Notes under the pieces: model-generated
Told to the model about the DNA's origin: nothing
Seen by the model: only the letters and a program-made list of their open reading frames with translations
Database searches by the model: none
Assembly (NCBI RefSeq): GCF_001194135.2
Contig: NC_068985.1
Location: 19,627,801 to 19,668,753, forward strand
Length of the DNA: 40,953 nucleotides
Reading direction: 5' to 3'
Source of the DNA: Octopus bimaculoides
Lineage: Eukaryota
Program-made: the position numbers and the translations under genes
Part shown: positions 1 to 10,921 of the stretch, in pieces
Position numbering within the stretch: position 1 is the stretch's first letter
How the letters are laid out: each line of letters opens with the position of its first letter

Positions 1-38
<38 letters not shown>
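1..38. repeat. (AT)n microsatellite
   Basis: Pure AT dinucleotide run at the window start. Confidence 0.97.
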
Positions 39-42
<4 letters not shown>

Positions 43-289
43 TATACATTTCTAAATCTCTCGGAGAGATTTATGCAGTAGTGATGCGATAAAGTAGTTG
101 TATGATGTCAACTTAATGTGACAGTCCTGTACCCATATATGCATGAACCTAGAAGAGAAAAAGCAAAGTAGTCATTGATGGGATTTGAACCTGAAGTTAT
201 TTAACCTGAAATTACAGCGTTTCTTCCAATCTACTATTTCTACAATTAATGATTTCCGATTTAGGCGCAAGACCAACAACTCTGAGGAG

Positions 290-545
290 AGAAGATAGTC
301 GATATCAGCTAATCCTGTAGTTGACGGATGAAAGTTAAAGTTGAGCCCGGCGGGATTTGAACTCGTAGGTAGAAGAAATAGTGCAAGGCAAATTTTTTCC
401 GACGCTGTATCGATTCTGCTAGCTCGTTGCCTTACTGCACCTTTAATGATAAAAAGTATCGAACATGATATAGAAGTACACACACACATTTTTCTATTGT
501 AAAGTATGGTCGATTAAATCGACTTCAATACTTGATTCGTTTTCA
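290..545 (-). mobile_element. tRNA-derived SINE (family 1), degraded copy
   Basis: Reverse complement of the head seen at 30774-31001 (ggatttgaactc...gcaaggcaaatttttccgacgc...gattctgctagctc). Confidence 0.7.
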
Positions 546-999
546 TATGGGCGAAAGGTATAGTCGACTTCCATGTTGTCTGAACGCAGAACATACAGAC
601 GAGATTAAATACAGCAAGGAATTTAGTCACTCTACCGTTATTACCATTTTGGAGAGCAGTATCAAAACAGGTACATAATATTAATAGTCATTGAAAGGGT
701 AAGTGTGTGGTTAAGAAACAACAGAATGAAGCGTTGCTTGGATACAAATGCAATAACAAGGCAGTGAGGAACTAATTATATATATATATATATACAGAGC
801 TGGGCGTATGACAACTTTAACACGAAATAACTTCTAAAATAGGAAATTTTGTCAAAAAATGTTGAAAGTAAACTGTGTTCAGCATGAGAAATGACACCAG
901 TATACGAAGTTTCAAACTGTTTAGTTAAAAAATATATAATTAAAAAATCTGTAAGCTAAACTGAAGAGATCCCTACTCTTCCTATTAATAACTGCATCC

Positions 1000-2204
1000 C
1001 TTCTTTCTAGGTAAACTGACATCTGACTTCAAAAATAACTAGTAACGACTACTTTTGAAAATGGACAAAATATGGCATCGGGGTATTATCAAGTACCTGC
1101 AGAAAAGGGCTTACCCCCAAGGACATTCATGCTGACATGGTTTCTACATTAGGAAGTGACGCTCCAGCTTTATCAACAGTGAAAAAGTGGGCAGCTGAAT
1201 TTAGGAGAGGAAGGAAGAGTTGAGAAACTAATCCAAGGTGTGGACGTCCTGAAACTGCCACCACCGGGGAAAATATTGATTGTGTTCACCACATGCTGAT
1301 GGATGATAGGCAATTGACTATAAATCAAATAACCAACGCTATTAGTATATCCCGTGAGAGAGTTGAGAATATTCTGCATAATGAACTTGGCATGACGAAC
1401 GTTTCTGTTCGATGGACGTCATGTCTTCTGACACCCGATCAAAAGTGCACCAGGCTGATCAAATCACGGGAAAGTCTGACATTTTCTGAGACAGATCCAG
1501 CTGGTTTCCTTGAATGTTTTCTAAGCCAGGATGAGTGCTGGTTTCATCACTTCGAGCCAGAGACAAAAAGACAATGCATGCAGGGGAAACACTCCTCTGC
1601 ATCTGCTCCATAGAAGGCCAAGATCATTTCATCTGCAGAGAAGGGGATGACTTTAGTTTTCAGGGATGCAAAAGGCATTGTGTTCATTGATTATCTTCAA
1701 GAGGGCCACACCATCAATGGAGAGTACTATACCAACTTGCTGAGGCAGTTATGAAAGGCTATCAAGACCAAATGCCCAGGAAAACTAATTGATGAAAGGG
1801 GTCGTGTTTCATTGGATGATAAAGCTCCAGCACACAAGTCCTTGATTTCAATGGCTGCTGTGTGTGACTGTGGCTTTGAACTGCTTGATCACTCTCCCTA
1901 TTCTCCTGATTTGGCCTCAGCTGACTATCATCTATTCTCCAACATGAAAACACACTTGGCTGGGAAACAGTATCGCAGTGACGATGACGTCATATCTGCG
2001 GTTGATGACTTTTTTAACCAACAGGAAAAAAGCTTCTTCACCAAAGGGATCCAAGCACTACAACACCGATGGAGAGAAGTGTATGGACTGCAAGGAAGTG
2101 GTGGTGATGGTGGTGGGTGAACTATGTTGAAAAATAAACCTCATTTGGTCACATTCCATGAAAGCATTTTGGTCAGCCTATGAGCTTTTCAGCCGCCCAT
2201 CGTA
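1000..2204 (+). mobile_element. Mariner (Tc1/mariner, DD34D) transposon with disrupted transposase
   Basis: ATG at 1061 (MDKIWHRGIIKYLQ). Fragments read ...ISRERVENILHNELGM, QDECWFHHFEPETKRQ and DKAPAH...HSPYSPDLASADYHLF, with 34 residues between the 2nd and 3rd Asp. Ends YVEK* at 2137. Right TIR agcttttcagccgcccatcg followed by TA at 2203-2204. Several stops and frameshifts; left TIR not seen, so the left boundary is approximate. Confidence 0.92.
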
Positions 2205-2836
2205 TTTCTATTACATGTAGAAAAGCTGTACCACACTTTCGCCGCAATCCAATAACTGAAACCATTAAAAAAATACTATATATACTTAAACCTGTTATCG
2301 CATGGACTTCATCCTTGACAAAGTTACCTATTGCAACATATGTTCGTTTGCCACTCCCATCCGAAATACTTGAAAATTAGAAGTGATTTTCTAGTTTGCA
2401 TTGTGATATACTAATTGTATTACTTTTACTTACTACCAAACTTTAGAGTTTTGCAGATAGGTGGTTTAGATAAGGTTTACACAAAACATCAAACTGAATA
2501 AATAGAATAAGTTATCTAAATTTTTAAACCACTTAATTACTAAACTGTTATTGTTATTTAATAGAGTTACAACCTAAAAGATATTAAGGTGAAAAGAATG
2601 TAAAATATACTAATTGACTATATCCACGTTGTATTTTTCAATGGGCTTAAATGCAAGAGCTGCTGCATACTGGAGCTTCCCTGAATCTCTTGCTTCTCGT
2701 TAGTCTCGTTTCAAAATGGCTTCTACTGACACTTCCAAGCACCTTTTAAGCCTTTTCTCATGTGGAAAGTTAAACAAATAGCAAACAACTAATACTGAAG
2801 TTGTTTGCTCTGCTTCTATGTTCTTTTCGGCGCAAC

Positions 2837-4060
2837 ACCTCCAACCATTAATAAAATATTTCCACATACATAATCGTTAAACCTGGAGGGCGAGTTGACG
2901 TCCACAGTTTGACATACGAATTTCCGGACCATCCGTTATTTCAAATGAACTGAAAGACAGTATTGCAAAACGGAGATTCAGCAGTAATTGACGCCTCAAG
3001 CAATTCAGGAACTGTACTTGGTATTTCAGATAACTCAAAAACTTCAGGTATTCCAAGAATGACAGGAACCTCAGGTGCATAAGGTACCAATATTTAAGCT
3101 GGTTGGCTTGGAAGCTTCAGACGTTTTAACGTTCTAACACGTTTCCATCTATTCCTTCTTCAAAGTTTACGGTCGCCAGTTGTCGAGTGCCTTCCATCCA
3201 GCGTTAAACAGCTCTAAAATGTTGCACAAGAATACGGTCATCCTTTCTAAATTTACTCAGCGGATATAATATCTTCGTCCTATGCTCCGTATTATATTGA
3301 ACTCAAGAAGTATCTGATTTCAGTTGGTGAAAAGCTGTCCGTAAGTGAGGTTTGAGCCACAATTCAGCAGAAGCTTTAGTTGTTGAGTGCGGAGCAATTC
3401 TGAAAGAAAATAAGAACCTGTGGAGCTTAGTTTCGAGTGTCCTTTCCCGTCCACTTTCATCTTCATTATTACCTCTTTGAATGTGCGCACCGTGCGATCA
3501 GCTTGGCTGTTGCAGAAGTGATATGGAGCGGTGATATCTTATTTCGTTAAACTTCATTGATAATTTAAACTCTTTACAAACAAAACATGGACAATTTGTC
3601 ACTTACTAATATCACAGGTAGACCATCAGTGGCGAAGATTCTTCTCAATATCTCCACTGTGGTTCCACTACCGAAGTCCATTCCAAGTACGCATCAACAA
3701 CAATTAAGAACACATCCCGTGAATGGACTGGCAATGGATATTCTCAAGGATGAATTGGAGCATGTTTTGGACTGCTTTAACCTTCAAATGCATACTACAC
3801 AAGCTTTAATGTTATTTCAATTTCAGTATCCAAGTTTGGTCACCACACATGACATCATAGCCTAACGAGAATAATCAACTTTTTTTAATATCTTGTCTGT
3901 CCAGTCGGTCCAGTTCCTTTTCTATTCAATCCTTTATTGAACAGTGCGCTGGAGGAGCTCTACAGAATCGTATTGCTGTCTTATCAACAAGTAACTTTAC
4001 CTTAAAATCTTTAAAGCAGTCTAAGTATTCCCCGTATGTCATCTCCATAACCCCCTTTCC
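2837..4060 (-). mobile_element. Ty3/Gypsy LTR retrotransposon remnant (start of RT joined to integrase)
   Basis: Minus-strand peptides across frameshifts: FKDFKVKLLVDK, ELDRLDRQDI.KKVDYS, W*PNLDTEIE, LIVVDAYLEW, TTVEILRRIFATDGLPVILVSD, TAPYHFCNSQADRTVRTFK, LHRFLFSFRIAPHSTTK. A purine tract ggttggagg followed by TG at 2837 is a possible PPT and LTR start. Confidence 0.8.
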
Positions 4061-4079
4061 TTAACACACATCCCTCCAA

Positions 4080-5010
4080 CACCTTCCTATCTTGAGCATT
4101 GCTTGACTGCTGTAATCACTTGAAAGCAGAATCGGTACATATTACGTCTAATTCCATTCTTTAGAGTACTAGTTATCTACCCTACCACCTGGAGCCACTT
4201 CCATCCTTTCACTCCTCATTATTTTCATCGATCATCTTTCTGTCCCTTCAGTTATCTCTCCTTCTCCTCTGTCACACTTCATCCAAACATCTTTCATATC
4301 TGTTATCATTCTCAACGTCCTCTCATATCCACCACCATGCCCCACTCACTATACCTGTCCTTATGCACCTCTATATCTCTCTCTTCCCAACACTCCCACA
4401 CCTTTCACATCATCCCATTACTTTATGATCTTTCTTCCTTCCTGAACCACTTCTATGTCTCTCAACTTAACCCCTCTCCATTCTGGTACTTCCCATCAAC
4501 CGCACCTCTACCCACTAGCGTAGGGGAGAGGGAGCGGTAGGGGCAGTCCGCCCCGGGCGGCACTTTGGGGTCCGGGGGCGGCAAACGGAAGGGCCACCCC
4601 GGGCGGAACACACTCTAGCTGCGTTTCCACCTTTGTTTATCACTCTCTACATTCATCCCTACTCCCCGCTCTTAGACACTTATGAAACTACTCCCCTCTC
4701 CATACTGATTCACTGTCTCTATTCTCTCAAATGCCCACCTTCTTGTACATTGAGCCTTTGCTCTGGCACCACATCACCACAATCTTCATCTTCTTCCCAA
4801 CTACTCCCCACTCCAAGCCTACAAGCATGCCGCCTCTTCTCTCTTAGCATCTGTTCCTCAGAACTGGCTAGTCTCGTACTGCCATCATTCAGACAACTCA
4901 ATCTATTTGTCTCCCCCACCTTTCATCACCCTTGTTGTGCAACTTCTTCCCTCAAGGCCTGCACTAACCCTAATGCCTAATCATCCTCTTCAAAACATTA
5001 GGTCCTTGGA
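4080..5010 (-). mobile_element. Degraded non-LTR retrotransposon, probable APE endonuclease region
   Basis: Purine-rich minus strand with LSCLNDGSTRL, resembling the LNDGxxT motif of APE domains. Heavily decayed; boundaries approximate. Confidence 0.4.
4512..4625. mobile_element. Short GC-rich MITE-like insertion
   Basis: Abrupt GC-rich island containing ccgccccgggcgg and ccaccccgggcgg, with degenerate ends cactagcgtag / ctagctgcg. Confidence 0.45.
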
Positions 5011-5739
5011 ATCCCTGCTCGTTACTTTCCTATAGTTGTTGGCCTGCAACAGTTTAAACAGAACATTAATAGACCGAAGCTCACCGGTCTCGAAGGAGCC
5101 TCCCAGCAACCCTTAAATTTTCCACCCCTACCCTATACAGGCTTATACAGGAGAAACAAAAGTGCCACCCATTAAAAGCGAGACCCTTGGCAGATCCCAC
5201 CCCACCTCACCCAATCCCAGCCGTGCTACTGTTGCAAAGGTCAAGGGCAACCCTCCTTCTTCCAGACTGAACGAGTTTTAAAATAGTATGATAGTTTAAA
5301 AAAAAAAAAAATTCGGTCAGCAGAATTGCAGTATATCACTTTAACCAGTTGCATTTCTATCAGGGAGTGGTATAGTTAAAGATTTGCATATCAAAGTATT
5401 TTTATATTTTTCTCTACTTACTCCTTATTTAAATAGTCAGAAACAAATCAAAACAAGCCAACAACATAAATGTGCTTCTTTAACGTTTAGGTCAGTTAAT
5501 GGCGAGTGGATTAATGACGTGTTTTTTTGTTTGTTTTTTTCTCTATCTGACATTCCCAGTGGACAATTTATTCAGAAATCTTACCAATTGTATAGTAGAA
5601 AGTGGGTTATACATCTTTAGATGTATACCTGACTTTCCTACTATAAAATTAGAATATAACGGAACGCTGAACTCCAGACTATCAACTTAAACAACACTTT
5701 ATTTAGGTGGTAAATATATACATCTTTAGTTCTTGTTAC

Positions 5740-5945
5740 AGCTTCTGTGTGTGTGAGCATAGTTGTTGGGACGTTGTTATGTAGTTGTAAGCGAGCTGTC
5801 GAGCGTAAGTTTGAAAGATGTAGAGAGACAGCTTAACACGTCCAATGCTCATGGTCGGCCGACCGTAAAAGAGATAGAATTAAGCGGGAACGCTTGCTTG
5901 TTTAATTCCACGCATGCGTGAGACTACGCATGCGCACGGCGTTAC
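5740..5945. promoter_or_regulatory. CpG-rich promoter-like island with two tandem NRF1-type CGCATGCG palindromes
   Basis: acgcatgcgt at 5910-5919, acgcatgcgca at 5926-5936, 12-bp palindrome ggtcggccgacc at 5853-5864, and a Kozak-like gccgaccATG on the minus strand at 5852. Confidence 0.5.
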
Positions 5946-5954
5946 TACAGTATC

Positions 5955-6350
5955 ATCATTGAGGTCGATTTTGCCTTTCATCCTTTCGAGGTCGATAAAA
6001 TAAGTATCAGCCAAGCACTGGAGTCGATGAAATCGACTAGCCCCACCCATAGAATTTCAGGCCTTCTATCCTATAGTAGAAAAGACTATTGATTTCAAAT
6101 TTTGGCACAAGGCCAGTAAGTTTGGGGGAGGATGTAAGTCGATAAACATTGATCCTAGTGCTCAAATAGTACTTTATCGACTCCGAAAGGATGAAAGGCA
6201 AAGTCGATGTCAACGGCATTTGGACTCGGAACATAATGACGGACGTCTGGTGACCCTCCGTTGATTCAAACACGCAGCCCGCTGAGCTATTTAACGCTTT
6301 TCTATAAGCCTTTTGCCTGGTGTACTAACGATTCTACCTGCTCGCTGCCT
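5955..6350. mobile_element. Two family-1 SINE copies arranged tail-to-tail
   Basis: Plus-strand core gaggtcgattttgcctttcatcctttcgaggtcgataaaataagta with tail to about 6085, then a minus-strand copy starting tcaaattttggcacaaggcc. Confidence 0.8.
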
Positions 6351-6669
6351 TAGTAGAAAGGATTATTACTCGTAAAGTGATTATTTGGTGCAGAAAGAGG
6401 GATACCAGACTGGATACATTGCATTAGGCATGTATAACTCGAAAAATAAGTGAAACTACTTTACATCGAAGGATGTATTAAGTATTTGAGATATCTCAGT
6501 TCCTCATTATAAAAACGTAGACGTGAGACGGAAGGTTTATTTATATTTAAGATTTCGATTTTACACGCAAGTATAAAGTGTTTCGCTAATATCCCCGTTA
6601 GAAATATTTCTCTGGAAATGTCTCCCTACAATGAGTTACAGTCAGCAATATATTACAAAGACAACCATC

Positions 6670-7216
6670 GGATCTTTTTTAAAACGGGGGCCACATTTTT
6701 CATTAACGAAACACTTTGAAACTTGGAACACTGGTAGAATGTGTCATATAAAACATCTTTTTCTCTTAGTCTTCTTTAAAAAAAAAGAAATCCATAAGTT
6801 TTTCCATGTTAAAGTTGTCGTATTTCTGTAATTTCAACCAATCACTGACGTCCATTCAGCCGATCTACATTTACATAAACAAACGATTCTGAAACAATTA
6901 ACCCTAACCCTAACCGTAGGGTTAGGGTTAGGGTTAAAGCAAATTTAAAATGAAAAAAGCAAATAAAACGAAGGTATGGAGATTAAATACGCTTTACATC
7001 GCTTAATCAGCCAAAGGAGTAAATATAAACAACTGAATACTTGTCAGTGATTGGTTGAAATTATCGAAATAAGACAATTTTTTACATGAAATAAATTCGA
7101 ATACAAAAATATTTTTCTGTTCTATAACACAAAATAGATAAGTATACGAAATTTGAAAGTCTTTCCGTACCAAAAACACTACGTAAAACATGTGGCCCCC
7201 GTTTTAAAATAGATCT
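6670..7216. mobile_element. 547-bp foldback MITE with 8-bp TSD and central telomeric-repeat hairpin
   Basis: TSD caaccatc at 6662-6669 and 7217-7224. About 30-bp imperfect TIRs (ggatcttttttaaaacgggggccacat / atgtggcccccgttttaaaatagatct). Internal perfect 19-bp IR atttcaaccaatcactgac / gtcagtgattggttgaaat. Hairpin at 6898-6937. Confidence 0.88.
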
Positions 7217-7482
7217 CAACCATCTGTGATGCTTGTCTCTATATCTAAATACTATCAAACGAAAAGATCTCATTAGGATCATTTTATTATTTTCTCTTGT
7301 TTGAATTGTAATAGTGACATCAAGTTTGTTTTGGTGGACAAAGACAGATAAATCAGAAACGAAAGTGTTACAATATTTATGAACCTCAGAAACACTAAAC
7401 ACCGACAGGAGCGAAGACGTAGATTTATAGCAAGAATATTCAGCAGTCAACCGATGTCGCGATTCGTTAGAATGTTACCCAC

Positions 7483-7890
7483 ATGATTAGTGAATCTGAT
7501 CAATCGCAAAATCTAGCCAATCACAACTTCATGTGGAATAAGCTCCAAAGGGGCAAATACGGAACGGTGGAGGTGCAGTTTAGGGAGATAGCCACTGCCA
7601 GACTGTACTCGGCCACACCGCTGAAGACAGATGAGGTGGTACTTCTACCCGTGTACCTTGGGAGACGGACTTCCAGGGTTCGAGTGGGAGACATATCACC
7701 AGAAGTGAATGTAGCCTGGCTGGTGGCTGCCATACTGCTGTGCATGGAAGAGAAGGTAGTGGTCCTGCAGGCCACCAGAACGCGCCACAGGCATTGGAAG
7801 GGACAAACTCTTGAACTGGCGGTACAGGTCGCGGAGGAGTACTTGGAAAAAATGGACTTCTCGAATACTATGACAACATCCAAACTCTTT
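7483..7890 (+). mobile_element. GC-rich fragment, probably ORF1 of a non-LTR retrotransposon
   Basis: Open frame KYGTVEVQFR...VLLPVYLGRRTSRVRVGDISPEVNVAWLVAAIL with composition unlike its flanks and no linked splice partners. The family assignment comes from recall only. Confidence 0.4.
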
Positions 7891-8379
7891 CGACATTTGT
7901 TGCAATACTATTTCAATTACACCAGGAACATGAACATTGAAACTCTTGGTGTCCCAACATGACCGCAGGTTTAAAGCTGAAACACTTAAAAGAATAAAAA
8001 AAAAAGTAAGGTTTGTTCGTGAAGACTTCAACAGATTTCTTTGTTTTCTTCTATGTACTACTGTTAACCTCCGACGCTAGGAAAAAACAAAAAAAAAACA
8101 GCCAGCACCCAACAGCTAACAATCATCTTTCAACATCAGCATTTATATACAGCTTATACAGGAGAACCAAAAGCGTTGTCCATGTAAACTCATCGTCATT
8201 TTTTTTTAATCTGCAGTAAAAACATGTCTAACGATTAACAATGAAAAATAAAATCAACGGCAAAAGAATTCCATCCTACAAACTGAAGTCCTTAAAAATT
8301 TTGAAAAAAAAAAAAAAGGAACAATCGAGAAACGAAGTAATAATCGAATGCTTTATCCAAAAAAATTTACCAATGAACA

Positions 8380-8510
8380 TTGGTTTCAATTTTTGGCACA
8401 AGGCCAGCAATTTCAGGGAGGGATAAGTCAATTACATCGATTCCAGTGCTCAACTTAGTACTTATTTTATACCAGGAAGAATAATAGGCAAAGTCGACCT
8501 TGGCAGCATT
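8380..8510 (-). mobile_element. Family-1 SINE fragment
   Basis: ttcaatttttggcacaaggccagcaatttc...aataggcaaagtcgaccttggcagcatttgaa matches other family-1 copies. Confidence 0.75.
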
Positions 8511-10921
8511 TGAATTATTATTAAGACTGTGAAGTAGTTGATTACTGTAGAGATATTGCTCGTAATTTAGGTTTAGAATTTTGCTTCCTTCTCCTAATCT
8601 AAAATAGTATTAACTTTATCGTGTGTGTGTGATCCAATTTTTAAATGTAACTTTAATTTTTTTTTCATGTAATATATTGAGTAAATTTAATATCGATAAT
8701 TGATAAATTTTTCTTTGAATTTCTTAATTGATCATGAAAAATTACGCTATTGCCTTTCATTGTCTCTAATGACTATTATCGTCATTATTTCCTCATTAGA
8801 TCGAATTAACATATAATGAATTAAAACTACATTGTAATATTTCTATATTAAACCAGTTTTAGTAATATAAATTTATCCACTTCCCATCACGTATATAAAA
8901 GTGGAAGTTTTTCCCCGAGTTTTTAGAAATAGAGGGGCATAATATGATTATTCACATTTGTTTTTTAATACTTAAATTTTTACTGGTATAGAATTCTTCT
9001 TGTGTAGCAAAGGACACCAACAAGAGATCAACTGTCTTGGTCTTTGACAATGGACTGAGAAATCCCCAGGTGTAGCCGCCTACAAATTCTTCAGTTTCTG
9101 TGGGTCTTCACTATATTTTGGTATGTAAAGGGAAACACGCTTCTGTCTCCCTCGTGTCCATTTGAAGGATTGTCTTGTAATGTTGGAAAGAAGTTCCTGT
9201 GCTGAAAACGTGTTGGCTTGATTTTTTTCTACTTCTATTCTACGCCGTCTTTTAAGTTCTATAGCAAGGAAACCTAAAGGACAGGTGGAGTATAGAAATA
9301 GAAAGTTCAAATCTCCACATTTTATCTGGCAGTCTACAAATTAAGATAAGCTCATCTTTAAATAGCCCTTCAACGTGTTTAAGTGAAGAACGAACTAAGG
9401 AAAACATTTTTCGTTGTTAATGAAACGTAAAGTATTTATTTCCAATACGAATATAAACTTCAATGATTAGAGATGAATTTACTCTAGATAAAAAAGCATG
9501 ATACTGAATTTACTGACGATGTATTGGTTTGCGATATGATTAACTTGTTACGAAATTACTACGTGATGAAATTAGAGGTGATGTACTTTAACCACCCACG
9601 ATGAATTTGTCTGACACTGTACTCTGGTAAGCTATTGAAATTTCAACAAGCGGCTTTCTCAGCTGCCAAAGTATTAATCATTTGTCCTAAAAAGAAAACA
9701 AAAAACATCAAATTCGACTATTGGCAAACCTTCAAAATGTAGGTGGTGTTGACTATTAGTATACCAAATTAATTAAGAAAAACTTTTATTACCGACTATT
9801 TTCATTCTTTAAATACTTTCTTTACTGAACACATTTTTACGTTTTTGTTTGTTTTTTTTTTATTTATACTGATGTATCGATTCTCATTGTCTGCTTTATA
9901 GCGATGAATATATTTGAAATTAAATTGTAAAATAATTATTAAGGAGAATAGCAAATCGATGGATATTAAAACAAATTAGTTCTATGTTGTAAAAAGAGAT
10001 AAAGATTATAGTTCTAATTTTAAAGAACAGCAAATCAATGATGTAAATAATGAACGTATTGTCCACTTATAGAATATTTTTAAACGTTCGATCACCAACG
10101 AGTTCGTAAGTGTCATTACGTCGTCTCCAAATTCTCTCAAACTATCGAATATTTCTTATGTTCCAGGCATCTGCTTTAATTTTTATTGGTATGAAACTAA
10201 AAGGACAAATATATTCATCGCTATAAAGCAGACAGGTTAAAATATTGTGGGTGAATAGAAGAGCAAGAAGACAGATAAAAAGAATATCTAAATGAATCAC
10301 ACATAAAATACAGTTGTAATTGTAGAGTAAAGCAACATAGATCGGATGCAAAATGATAGACCAGATGAGAGCAAATGCATATTATCTCATCCAAATACAC
10401 CCATGCATATTATCATCTGTATAAACATATGCATTCATATATATACAGTTAAATATAAACATTCATGTATATTTCTTCACACTTTAACATCAAAACATTA
10501 AAGGACCGACTGAATCACCAGTGCAGGCAAGATCTTCCAGTTTGGTTCATTATTTACTTGTTTAACAATGTACCTTCTTTGTCAAATTAGCAAAAAACTA
10601 ACATCAGTAATGAAGGGAACTCTTACTATCTGAAGAATTGAAACCACTTTTGGTTAATCCACGTTATTATTGTCTTTTTGTTTTGTTTGTTTTTCTAGTT
10701 TAACAAACAAGGTAACATATTCCTACCAAGCAGATTACAAACTAAACTAAAAGTGCATACAAGGAACCTTTAAGTGTGTTCTTTAAATATTATGACAAAG
10801 ACACTTGATAGTAAAAATTATTATATCAAAATTGTTTACAGTGATAATACAGCAGAAATTATAAAGGTATAAGTTATTATAGAAAAAAAATGTGTACTGG
10901 GAAAATAATTATAACAAATTT

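Noticed and set aside
6898-6937. Ancient telomere-telomere fusion site
   Set aside because: The orientation is (CCCTAA)n-(TTAGGG)n, opposite to a fusion scar, and the hairpin lies inside a TSD-flanked mobile element.
8985-9125. Plus-strand reading QQEINCLGL*QWTEKSPGVAAYKFFSFCGSSLYF, faintly like an UNC-93/MFSD11 transmembrane segment
   Set aside because: In-frame stop, short low-specificity similarity, and no consistent exon chain could be built.
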